Shown here: positions 52,298-62,650 of the stretch, one piece after another
Position numbering within the stretch: position 1 is the stretch's first letter
Layout of the letters: the number at the start of each line of letters is the position of its first letter
Assembly (NCBI GenBank): GCA_963697895.1
Contig: OY969100.1
Coordinates: 928,001 to 992,000, forward strand
From: an uncultured Methanomicrobiales archaeon
Lineage (GTDB): Archaea; Halobacteriota; Methanomicrobia; Methanomicrobiales; Methanospirillaceae
Length of the DNA stretch: 64,000 nucleotides
Reading direction: 5' to 3'
Made by a program: the position numbers and the translations under genes
The notes under the pieces: generated by a model
What the model saw: the letters and a program-made list of their open reading frames with translations, nothing else
What the model was told of the DNA's origin: nothing
Database searches by the model: none

Positions 52298-54091
52298 TCA
52301 CCAGTTGATCGTGTATACGATCTTCCCGCCCTTGAATATCGAAATTAACCCCCCGCTCTGCGAGACCACGACCCCGATCGATCTCGTGACCCGGGTGATG
52401 CTGGCGACCGACAGGTGCCGGGAACCCATCCCTCCGGGGAGATTTACCTGGCTCATGTCCACGGTGATGTACCGGCCGGCCGCCTCGACCATCCCGGTGC
52501 CGGTTACAATAAACGCCCCGTCCAGCTGGGCGAACTCCTTGATATGTCCCCGGATCCCGGGATCGGTAATCTGCCGTTCGGTCTCATCGTGACCCTGGAA
52601 CGGGTTTAGGATCAACTGTTTCGAATGGTCGAGGACGTGTGTTGTGTCGCCGACCACAAACGCGGTCCCGACGGCCTGCCCCTCGCGTCCTTCCCGTGCG
52701 ATCTCCACGGCGATCTGGATGATCGAATCGAGTACGGCAGGATCGACGTCGGTCCCGGAACAGATCAACTCCAGCTCCTCCCGTAACGGCAGGTTTTTCG
52801 GCATCGGACCCGCTCTCGGGGAAGAAGTCTTCGGGAGAGCCACCGCAGGAGGAGAACCACTCCTCCCGTGAATGATCCGCTGGGCGACGATCCCGATGAG
52901 CACGACGACGATCGCCGTGACGAGGATGACGATGAAGAGCGGCGTGTTGGTACCGGGCGGCGGGCTTCCTGTTGCCGGTCCCGGGGGTGTGGGAGTCTCC
53001 TCCTTCAGGTCCAGGATGATCCGCTTGGTGCTCGACTGGCCGTCGGACTGGTTCCCGGTTATGGCGATGGTGTAGGTACCCGGGCTGGAGTACCGGTGCG
53101 TTACGGGGAGATCGGAAGCATTCGTGGTGTTTCCGTCATCCCAGTCGACATTCACCGAGACGATGGTGACGCCGGGTGAGCCGGGATTGAGGTTCCCGTT
53201 CAGCGTGACGTTCAACCCGTCGACGACCGGTTCGAGGAGAGTGAGGACCGGTGGACCCGACGGTATGCCCAGTCCGCCCGGGGCCGAGGTGTTCTGCGTC
53301 GGGGGAGGCGTTTCGGGTATTACCGGCTGCTCGACGGTGATGTTCGCGGTCTTCGTCACGTTCTGCCCGTCGGACTGGATCGCGGTGATCGAGAGGGTGT
53401 AGGTGCCGGCGGCGGAGTACTCGTGGGTTACCGGGAGACCGGGAGTATCCGTGACGGTCCCGTCATTCCAGTCGACATTCACCGATGCGATCGTTACGTT
53501 CGGGGATCCCGGGCTGCTATTCCCGTTCAATGTGACGTTCAGATCCTCGACGACCGGCTCGAGGAAGGTGAGGACCGGGGGACCCGCCGGGGCCGGGGTG
53601 GTCTGGGTCGTGGGAAGGACGACCGGCTCCTCAACAGAGATGTTCGCGGTCTTCGTCACGTTCTGCCCGTCGGACTGGAATGCAGTGATCGAGAGGGTGT
53701 AGTTGCCGGTAGTGCTGTACATATGCGAGTACGGGAACCCGTGGAACTCCGGCGTGCTGTTGTCCCCCCATTCCCAGCGGATACTCTCTATGGTCACGTT
53801 CGCCGAGCCCGGAGACGCTGTCCCGTTCACGGTACTGGTGAGATTTTCAACCCGGGGGGTGTCGAGGGTAAGGACCGGGGGAGGGGTGACGGCGACAATC
53901 GTGTTCTCTGTGGTCGGGGTGGCTGTGGGAACCGGTGTCGTAGGCTGGCTGGTAACTCCGTTCGTCGTGACCGTCGAGGTGGCGTTGAGCGTGGTCTCCG
54001 CGATGACAACACCCGGCAGTACAAGGAGGATAACGCATAGAACGGCAGTGATCAGCCGTAATCCAAAAGCCCTGTCTCGTTCCTGACGCAT
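52298..54091 (-). CDS. Membrane-anchored diadenylate cyclase with three extracellular PKD-like repeats
   Basis: Signal peptide, three WxWGD/VDWxDG repeats, one TM helix, then AREGREG..G.AF, KEFAQLDGAF, GSRH, VSQSGG (DAC/DisA_N). Confidence 0.85.
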   Translation of the reverse strand: MRQERDRAFGLRLITAVLCVILLVLPGVVIAETTLNATSTVTTNGVTSQPTTPVPTATPTTENTIVAVTPPPVLTLDTPRVENLTSTVNGTASPGSANVTIESIRWEWGDNSTPEFHGFPYSHMYSTTGNYTLSITAFQSDGQNVTKTANISVEEPVVLPTTQTTPAPAGPPVLTFLEPVVEDLNVTLNGNSSPGSPNVTIASVNVDWNDGTVTDTPGLPVTHEYSAAGTYTLSITAIQSDGQNVTKTANITVEQPVIPETPPPTQNTSAPGGLGIPSGPPVLTLLEPVVDGLNVTLNGNLNPGSPGVTIVSVNVDWDDGNTTNASDLPVTHRYSSPGTYTIAITGNQSDGQSSTKRIILDLKEETPTPPGPATGSPPPGTNTPLFIVILVTAIVVVLIGIVAQRIIHGRSGSPPAVALPKTSSPRAGPMPKNLPLREELELICSGTDVDPAVLDSIIQIAVEIAREGREGQAVGTAFVVGDTTHVLDHSKQLILNPFQGHDETERQITDPGIRGHIKEFAQLDGAFIVTGTGMVEAAGRYITVDMSQVNLPGGMGSRHLSVASITRVTRSIGVVVSQSGGLISIFKGGKIVYTINW

Positions 54092-54311
54092 GGATGACCG
54101 GTCTGTTATTCTACAGAATATCGTGATGCTTCGTCTTAAATGTGGACGTTCCGGCTCCCGGATCCGGCAGGATTGCCGTGCTTTTTGAAACCATACGGAA
54201 GCGGTCCTCACTCAGGGTGTTTCCACCAACAAGGAGCGTAGTATCCGAATAAAAGATCCGCTCGCCGCGGCTGCAACCTTCAAGTATTCCGGGACTCAAT
54301 TACGGGAATAT

Positions 54312-55983
54312 ATGGACGCCAGATCTCCGAAAACTACCTCTGATCCGGAACCCGGGGACCGTTACCGGGACTTTTCCATCCACGTGCCCGAATTCTACAA
54401 CTTCGGATACGACGTGGTCGATGCGTGGGCGGTAAAGGAGCCGGACAAGACGGCACTGCTCTGGGTGAACCAGCAGGGGGAGGAGAGACGGTTCAGTTTC
54501 CGGGAGATGAAGCGGGAATCCGATCTGGCGGCACGTCTCCTGCGGGATTCCAGGATCGGGAGAGGCGACCGGGTATTCGTGATGCTCCCGAGGATCCCGG
54601 AATGGTGGACCCTCATTATCGCCCTGATCAAGCTCGGTGCGGTCTACTCCCCGGCGCCGACTCTGCTGACCCCCCACGATATCTCCTACCGGCTCGGGAT
54701 CGGCGGGTTTTCGCTGGTCATCACGGATCGTGAGAATGCAGGCAAGGTAGAGGTGGCGGTGAAAGAGGGGTCGCTCAGTATCAAGTGCATGGTTGTCAAC
54801 GGGGAGATCCTGGGCTGGATCAGCTACCCCGGAAACAGTGTCGCGGTCTCCTCAAAATCACCGGGGGAAGCTGATTTGCCCGCCGTGAAGACAAAATCCT
54901 CCGACCCTCTCCTGATCTTCTTCACCTCGGGGACGACCGGAAACCCGAAGATGGTGCTCCATGATCACAGTTACCCGCTGGGACATATCGTCACCGCACG
55001 GCTATGGCAGGACCTGAAACCGTCGGATCTCCACTTCACCATCTCCGACACCGGTTGGGCAAAGAGTGCCTGGGGGAGTCTGTTCGGCCAGTGGATCGAG
55101 GGAGCGGCGGTCTTTGTCTACGATATCCGGGGAAAATTCGATCCAGGCGAGATCCCTCCGCTCCTGGAGAAGTACGCGATCACCACGTTCTGCTGCCCGC
55201 CGACGATCTACCGGATGCTGATCCTCCTGGACCTGGAACCGTACAACCTCTCAAGGCTCCGCCACTGCGTGAGCGCGGGGGAACCCCTGAACCCCGAGGT
55301 GATCCGGGTATGGAAAGAGAAGACCGGTCTTACCATCTACGAGGGATACGGCCAGACCGAGACGGTCCTCTGCATCGGGGCATTCCCGGGCCGCGAATGC
55401 CCGCCCGGGTCGATGGGGAGACCGGCCCCGGGCTGGCGGATCGGGCTCCATGACCGGCACGGAAACCCGGTGGGCATTCACCGGGAGGGAAGGATCGCGA
55501 TCGCGCTCGATCCCCGGCCGGTCGGGTTGTTCTCCGGGTATGTCGGGAACGATGCGGCGAACCGGAAGTCCTTTGTAAAAGGCTGGTACTACACCGATGA
55601 CAAGGCTGCCATGGACGAGGAAGGAAATTTCTGGTTCATCGGGAGGGATGACGATGTGATCAAGGCATCCGGGTACCGCATCGGGCCGTTCGAGGTCGAG
55701 AGTGCGCTGCTGGAGCATCCGGCGGTTGCAGAGGCGGCGGTTGTGGGATCCCCCGATCCAATCCGGGGGATGATCGTGAAGGCCTTCGTGGTGCTCAAGC
55801 CCGGGTTCACGCCGTCCGACGAACTCGTTGCCAGCCTGCAGGAGCACGTGAAATCGGTGACCGCCCCGTACAAGTACCCGCGGGCGATCGAATTCGTCGA
55901 TTCACTCCCGAAGACCCATTCGGGGAAGATACGGAGGAACGAGACTCCGCGAACGGGAAGCGAAGAAGGGGAGACCGGATTAA
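54312..55983 (+). CDS. AMP-forming acyl-CoA synthetase (ACSM-like); probable +1 indel near 55944
   Basis: FTSGTTGNPK, SAGEPL, YGQTET, GRDDD, YKYPR, LPKTHSGKI. Confidence 0.9.
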
Positions 55984-56249
55984 GCCATCCCCGGTCACGG
56001 AGGAAGAACATCCGTCGTCCACCCGGATTCGGCTAGTCCTGAATTGGCAATGAGGTTTCCCCCTTATCCTGGTCTTAACTCCATCCGGACTTGCGGTTCA
56101 CCCCATTCCCCGCGTCGTGTCCGTGGGAATGCCCTTTGTACTCCCAGCCAGGGTTCAGCAGATCCTGCGAAATATCGCCGTCCGAAACGAATCGCGCGAA
56201 GATATCCTGCATAGCATTATGTGCCACCAAGAAGATGCTAGCTTCGTCG

Positions 56250-58343
56250 ATGCCGGCAGAGAAGGAGCACCTGGTAAAGATCGAGCTCTTGCTGAAGATG
56301 CACAAGAGAGGGATGACCATCTCCGATATATCAGGTGAACTGAACCTGAACAGGAATTCAGTGGCAAAATACCTTGATATCCTGGTTAGTTCCGGCCGGG
56401 CGGAACGGACGGGGTTCGGGAATACCGGGGTATTTTTCCTCTCGCACCGGGTCCCGGTCTCTTCATTGCTGAATTTTTCGTCCGAGTTCGTGATTTTACT
56501 GGATTACAAGGGCCGGATCATCCAGGTGAACGAATGTCTACTCTCCTGTTTCGGGGTAACCCGCGAGTCTCTCGAAGGAAAGACCCTCGATGAAGCGCCC
56601 GTTGAGATGATTCGTGCCTTTAAGGATATGGATATCTTTACACGGACCGGGGTTGTCAGGGAGTGCACGAGCGAGGTGAGCACCCTCCTCTCCGGGGAAG
56701 CGTACCACTTCCGGGTCAAGGTCGTACCCACGCTCTTCGAGGACGGAAAGCATGGGTTCACGATCCTCATTGAGAATGTCACCACGCAGAAGCGGTACGA
56801 GCAGGAACTGATCCGGAGCGAGGCCCGGTACCGGGCCATCGTCGAGGACCAGACGGATCTTATCTGCCGGAGGCTCCCGAATGGTACCATAACCTTCGCA
56901 AACGATGCATTCTGCCGGTACTTCGGGAAAAAACATGATGACCTGATAGGAACATCATTCAGTCCGGTCACTGCATCACCGGGGTCCGGGGATAAACCGG
57001 GGGATCCTCGTAGGGATCAGGCGGGCACGACCGAAGACCGGGTGATCCTCGCAAACGGCGCGATTAAATGGATTCAATGGAAGAACAGGGCATTGCACAG
57101 TGAGACCGGGGGCATCGTCGAGATCCAGTCGGTGGGCCGGGACATCACCGGGCAGCGGGAGCGGGAAAAGGAGATCCTCCTTCGGGATTGCGCGATCTCA
57201 CGATCGTCTCACCCTATCGCCCTCTTCGATATGATCGGCCGGGCAGTCTATCTGAACAGCGCCTTCCTCTCGTTCTTCGGATACCCCGATGATCACGAGC
57301 TGATCGGGCATCCTGTCGAGAAGTGTTTTCCGCGGAGCGATGCCGATCACAATATCCACCAGATCGCCGCGGCGCTCCGTGAACACGGCCACTATGAGGC
57401 GACATTCGAGGCGAGAAAGAGGGACGGCACCCGGTTCGAGGTAGAGTTTTACGGCCGCCTGATCGGGGATGACCGCTACTTTCCTCATGGCGGGATCGTC
57501 CTCTTTGCCGAGCACCGGCGGGGAGCCCCGGCCGATGAGGGGAAGACGGTCTCCATCGCCGTAGGGAGACTGCCGGTCGTGAACAAGATGCGAGACGAAG
57601 GAGCCAAAGACATGACCGGACCGAAGGGAGAAGGGACGTGGAAACAAGCCGGACCCACAGGAGAAACAGGCGGGGACAGGATCGGACCTTCGCAAGGAGG
57701 GACCGTCGATCGGCAGGAACAGCCTGCCGGGATTCCCGGGAAACCGTCGCCGGGTAGCGATGCCGGGGATCCGGGACACGGTTCCGGGCAGCAGACTTCC
57801 CCCGTTTCCGTGGGGGACAGCCCGGGAATTCCTCCCTTGTCCTTCGATGAACTGGTCGATTTTATCCTGGACCCGACATTCATCGTCGATCGGGAGAAGA
57901 ATATCATCGCCTGGAACCGGGCGATGGAGATCTTTACCGGTATACCGAAGGAAGAAGTGATGGGGGGCTCCGGGCATGGGAATGCCTTCTCAATCTACCC
58001 GGAAAAGAGGCCGATACTTATCGATCTCCTCGATCTCCCGGAGGACGTGCTCTGCCAGGAGCACCCGGACGTGCGAAGATACGGGGATACCCTCTTCCGG
58101 GAACGTTTCATCCCGGGCTTCAGGGGAACCCCGGGAGCGTATATTTACGCGAAAGCCGCGTACCTGCTGGACCGGGAAGGCCGCTGTCTCGCTTCCATGG
58201 AGACCGTCACCGATATCACCGACTGGAGAACCGCACAGGAATCCTTGGAGAGGATGCGGGACGAGATCGATACCCGGTTCACGGGACTGATCCGGCAACT
58301 CGAGGAGAAGATCGGTTCATTGGATGAAATGCCGGAGAGATGA
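56250..58343 (+). CDS. HTH plus multi-PAS one-component regulator
   Basis: N-terminal GMTISDIS..LNRNSVAKYL; four PAS/PAC-like domains; no kinase domain. Confidence 0.82.
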   Translation: MPAEKEHLVKIELLLKMHKRGMTISDISGELNLNRNSVAKYLDILVSSGRAERTGFGNTGVFFLSHRVPVSSLLNFSSEFVILLDYKGRIIQVNECLLSCFGVTRESLEGKTLDEAPVEMIRAFKDMDIFTRTGVVRECTSEVSTLLSGEAYHFRVKVVPTLFEDGKHGFTILIENVTTQKRYEQELIRSEARYRAIVEDQTDLICRRLPNGTITFANDAFCRYFGKKHDDLIGTSFSPVTASPGSGDKPGDPRRDQAGTTEDRVILANGAIKWIQWKNRALHSETGGIVEIQSVGRDITGQREREKEILLRDCAISRSSHPIALFDMIGRAVYLNSAFLSFFGYPDDHELIGHPVEKCFPRSDADHNIHQIAAALREHGHYEATFEARKRDGTRFEVEFYGRLIGDDRYFPHGGIVLFAEHRRGAPADEGKTVSIAVGRLPVVNKMRDEGAKDMTGPKGEGTWKQAGPTGETGGDRIGPSQGGTVDRQEQPAGIPGKPSPGSDAGDPGHGSGQQTSPVSVGDSPGIPPLSFDELVDFILDPTFIVDREKNIIAWNRAMEIFTGIPKEEVMGGSGHGNAFSIYPEKRPILIDLLDLPEDVLCQEHPDVRRYGDTLFRERFIPGFRGTPGAYIYAKAAYLLDREGRCLASMETVTDITDWRTAQESLERMRDEIDTRFTGLIRQLEEKIGSLDEMPER

Positions 58344-58682
58344 CGAGACGGTAACCGCCGATTCTCTCCGGCCACCCCTGTCAGTCCCGTACGGAACCGA
58401 CATCGTCCAATATCCATGATACGGAACCGGTCAAGGAGAGACGGGCGAAGATGTTATGATCGTGAATTTAGGATCACGTGGTTCACAGTCAGGGTATGGA
58501 ATGAGGCGTATTCTTTTTTCATTCGGATAATGGAACAGAATCTTCAGCAAGAGAACCCATAGCATCGTTCGCGTCTCCGCGGTCTGGAATTTCCGAAAAA
58601 AACTCAGAACATCGCACTCATAGCGCTATTTCTATAAATACGGAAAAGGATACTACCGTATGCAATTGATGAGGCCTTGTCT

Positions 58683-60003
58683 ATGAACGTCTCGAGGATG
58701 TGGCTCATCGATATCCTGGACCGGCTCCGGTCGACCTACATCTTCGTGCCGGCCGTGATGATCGCGATCGCCGTCCCGCTCGCACACCTCGTCACGTATC
58801 TCGACGAGGTGCTCCCCCGTTCCCTCTTCGAGGCCCTCTGGTATTTTTTTCATATCAGCCCGGGTAACCTGATCTCCAATCTCGTCGCCTTTTCGAGCAC
58901 CGAGCTCGGGGTGATGGGGGTGGTCTTCTCCGTCACCCTGGTCCCATTGACCACCGCGTCGGCCCAGTACGGGACGATCCTTCTCCGTGCCTTCCTCCGG
59001 GATATCCGGGTCCAGATCGTCCTCGGGATGTTCGCAGCCTCGATCATGTTCAATATCAGTACCGTCCTGATTGTCTCCCGGCCCTCGTATGGCGTCGAGA
59101 TCCCGGTCTTATCCGGGACAGCGGCCCTGGCATTCTTCGTCCTCGACCTCTTCGCCCTGATCTATTTCTTCCATCACGTCACTTCGGGGTTGCAGACCTC
59201 CACCATCATCTCCCGGCTCGGCAGCGAAGTGAACCGGGCGATCGAACAGGAAGAGCTGCCGGGGACACCGGGAAGTACCCCCTGAGATCGCCCGGGAGAA
59301 AGAGGACGCGATCGCCCGGGAGGGGGTTCCGGTCGGCTCCGGAGGGTTCGGCTATATCCGCTCGATCGATTACCTCCGCCTGATGCAGATCGCCGGGCGG
59401 CATAAACTGGTCATCACCGTCCCGTGTACCGCGGGGGACTTCATCGGGCCCGGGGACACCCTGCTCCGTGCCTGGCCGGAAATCTCCGACCCGGGGGTTG
59501 TGCGGGCGGTCCGGGGCTGTTTCATGCTCGGGAAATACCGGACGATGCTGCAGGACCCCGAATTCGGGATCATCCAGCTGGTGAACATCGCCGCCCGGGC
59601 GGCGGATAACGATCCCTCCATCCCGGTGATGGTGCTGAACCAGATCGGCGTTGCCCTGGAGATCCGGGCAGAACGCGGGATCTTCTCCCCGTACCGGCAC
59701 GACCAGGCAGGATCCCTCCGGATGATCATGAAGATCCGCACGTTCGACCAGTTGATGGACTCGTCCTTCGACCTCATCCGGTACTACACCCCGGATAATA
59801 CCCATATCATCACGGCGATGCTCAACACGATCGGCCGGATCGGACCGCATGCAGGCTCCGACGGGATCCGCGAGGTCCTCCTTCACCATGCACAGCTGAT
59901 CGAGGGTGAGAGTATCCCCCTGGTCTCCTCCGACCACGACCGGCAGCTGGTCCGGCAGTCGTACGAGACGGCGGTCAGGGCGATCGGCCTGCCGGAGACC
60001 TGA
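58683..60003 (+). CDS. DUF2254 family membrane protein (paralog of 3519-4892); +1 frameshift near 59271
   Basis: ELGVMGVVFSVTLVPLT, GYIRSID, RTMLQDP and YETAVRAIG shared with the first copy. Confidence 0.82.
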
Positions 60004-60155
60004 ATAGTTTGGGAGAAGTCCGGGACGAAGATCGTAACTATCAGGCTACCGAAGACCTGAATATCCGGGGAAGGACCGGATGAGTAACCCGGGATCGGGA
60101 AGAGATTGTGGCGACCGGCGGGAAGCAGGGCCGAATCGAAAAAAAGTGAGAGTTT

Positions 60156-60479
60156 TCAGGTTCTCCCGAAATATTTCTTCACCTGCGGCTGGAACAGGTA
60201 CCATAGGATGATCGCGGAGATGACAATCCCGATCAAGGTCCCCCATCCAGCTGAGAAGAGGTACACGATACCATAGATGAGGCTGATGGTGGTGACGATC
60301 ACCCCCACCGGTCATACCCACGACCAGGCCATGGGACACACGACCCCGAGGGCGATCTCGATCAGGCCGATGACAATGAAGATCGGGGCAAGCACCCATA
60401 CCCCGATCAGGATGGCGATCAGTCCGGCGATGATCCAGAGAATACCGAGGATAGTCGCCCTTGATGGTCTTTCCGGCAT
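60156..60479 (-). pseudogene. Degenerate tandem copy of the 60702-61067 membrane protein, with an in-frame TGA at a Trp codon
   Basis: Same reading frame continues past TGA at 60312-60314 to the identical C-terminus LWYLFQPQVKKYFGRT. Confidence 0.75.
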
Positions 60480-60701
60480 CACGGGAACCTTTAACGGACA
60501 GACTACATATAAATTACGTGCCTGAACACATCCCGGCTTCACGCATGATTCCTCTGCGATTCGGGACCCGGCACCTCATAGCATAGGGAAAGGATCTCCT
60601 GATCTGCAAAAGAACCCGGAAAAGAATAACCGGTCGCCAGGCTGTGGAGAACAAATCCTTCAGAGAGGGAAGAACTGGTAATCTAAAAAAAAAGAGATAC
60701 T

Positions 60702-61067
60702 TCAGGTTCTCCCGAAGTATTTCTTCACCTGCGGCTGGAACAGGTACCAGAGGATGATCGCGGAGATGATGATCCCGATCAGAGCGCCCGCTCCGACCGA
60801 GAAGAGGTTTACGATCTCTATGATCAACGCGATGATAGTGACGATCACCCCGACCGGCCATACCCACGGCCAGGCCATGAAGCACCCGACCCCGAGGCCG
60901 AGCTCGATCAGCCCGATGATGATCGCGACTACCCCGATAGCCGCACCAAGCGCTCCCGCGAATATGCCCACAAAGACGGCTGCACCGAGTCCCCCGATAA
61001 GGGCGACCAGTCCGGCGATGATCCAGAGAATCCCGAGAATAGTAACTCCTAAAGGTCTTTCTGCCAT
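60702..61067 (-). CDS. Small four-TM membrane protein
   Basis: RPLGVTILGILW...YLFQPQVKKYF. Confidence 0.8.
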   Translation of the reverse strand: MAERPLGVTILGILWIIAGLVALIGGLGAAVFVGIFAGALGAAIGVVAIIIGLIELGLGVGCFMAWPWVWPVGVIVTIIALIIEIVNLFSVGAGALIGIIISAIILWYLFQPQVKKYFGRT

Positions 61068-61333
61068 ACGGGAACCTTCGGTCTTCGGGTACATATAGAT
61101 TACGTGGGGACGGTATTATGCAAGATCATCGATATCTGATAATTGCGTGATATCGGGAACGAACGTTCCCCGCAAGGGATATTATCGTATTGCTGCTCTA
61201 AGTTCCTGCACAGTGAAGGCGCCCCTGTGGATGATCCGTTCAACCCCCGCTCCCTTAACCGGCTCCCGGTCTCACGATGCCGATTCCGTGATCGAAAGGT
61301 ATCTCCCGTGAAAGGAAGAAAAATAACAAAAAA

Positions 61334-62608
61334 TTAGGGGGATGGTCTTTTTACCGGCGGTTTCAGGGTCAGGAATGCAACAACAAGGCCGACCAGGGCG
61401 AGGATGAAGACGTACGAGAATACCCCGATATAGCCACCGGTTGCCGTCTTGATCAATCCTGCCAGCTGTGGCCCTGCAATTGCCCCTGCGCCATATGCCA
61501 GGAAGACAACCCCGTAGCAACGGGGGTAGTCGCAGGTCCCGAAGTACGAACCCGTGGTGGTCGGTGCAATGGCTAGCCAGCCGCCGAGGCACCCCCAGAG
61601 GATTGCGAAGGCGACCACGTAGGTGATGACGCCCGGCACCTGCCAGAGGAGGAGCGCCGCGAATGCAATCAGGATAAACGAGACCATCGCCGTATTTCTT
61701 GGAGTAATCCGGTCGGTCAATGCACCGAATACGGGCCGCCCACCGCCATTGAAGATGGCGAAGACCCCGACCAGCGCCGTGGCCAGCCCTGTCGCGATCC
61801 CTAGTTCCGTGCCCACCGGTTTTGCAATCGAGATGGCCAGCAGTCCGGCCAGGCAGCCGATGAAGAAGCATACCCAGAGTCCATAGAAGGACAACGTCCT
61901 GACCATCTCCGAACGGTCACACTCGCAGGCGAGATGAGCGGTTGCCGGGGGAGTCCATCCCCGGGGTTTCCAGCCGGCCGGTGGGAACCGTAACGGGAGA
62001 GCGAGGAGTATCAGGAGCACGATGAATGCGATCCCGAAGATACGGAACGTATTCATGACTCCGACCAGCGTGATCAGGTATCCCGAGATGTTCGCGGTGA
62101 TGAATGCCGAGAACCCGAATCCCAGTACGGTAAGACCCACCGCGGCTCCCCTCCGGTCAGGGAACCAGCGGGCCGCAACGGCAATGGGAACACCGTATGC
62201 GATACCGACACCGACCCCTCCGATCACCCCGTACACGACATAGAGCATCTGTACCGAGGTCACCGTTGAGGCAAGGAGCCATCCGAGCCCCGTAAGAATC
62301 CCCCCTATGATCGTGATCTTCCGCGGGCCCATCGTCTCAATATACTTGCCGGTCAGCGGCATCGCTATCGCGAAGAATGCAAGGAATACTGAGAATGGCA
62401 GCAGGACATCATTGGCAGTCACCGTCTGTCCCAGGGTCGCCTTGAAGTATTCGGTCAGCGGGCCGACAAACACACTCCACGAGTAGATCGTCCCCAGGCA
62501 GAGGTTGATGATCAGCCCTATCATTACCAGGGCCCATCTTCCCCGTTCTGCAGGCATTCCAAAGAGCTTTATCGACTGCTCCGAAGATGGCATGACTTCA
62601 GTCGTCAT
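61334..62608 (-). CDS. MFS transporter, OFA (oxalate/formate antiporter) family
   Basis: GTIYSWSVF, RWFPDRRG, FNGGGR..G, 12 TM helices. Confidence 0.9.
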   Translation of the reverse strand: MTTEVMPSSEQSIKLFGMPAERGRWALVMIGLIINLCLGTIYSWSVFVGPLTEYFKATLGQTVTANDVLLPFSVFLAFFAIAMPLTGKYIETMGPRKITIIGGILTGLGWLLASTVTSVQMLYVVYGVIGGVGVGIAYGVPIAVAARWFPDRRGAAVGLTVLGFGFSAFITANISGYLITLVGVMNTFRIFGIAFIVLLILLALPLRFPPAGWKPRGWTPPATAHLACECDRSEMVRTLSFYGLWVCFFIGCLAGLLAISIAKPVGTELGIATGLATALVGVFAIFNGGGRPVFGALTDRITPRNTAMVSFILIAFAALLLWQVPGVITYVVAFAILWGCLGGWLAIAPTTTGSYFGTCDYPRCYGVVFLAYGAGAIAGPQLAGLIKTATGGYIGVFSYVFILALVGLVVAFLTLKPPVKRPSP

Positions 62609-62650
62609 TATGGCCTTTCCTTCCGTTTTGGGAAAAATATTGGCAAATGG

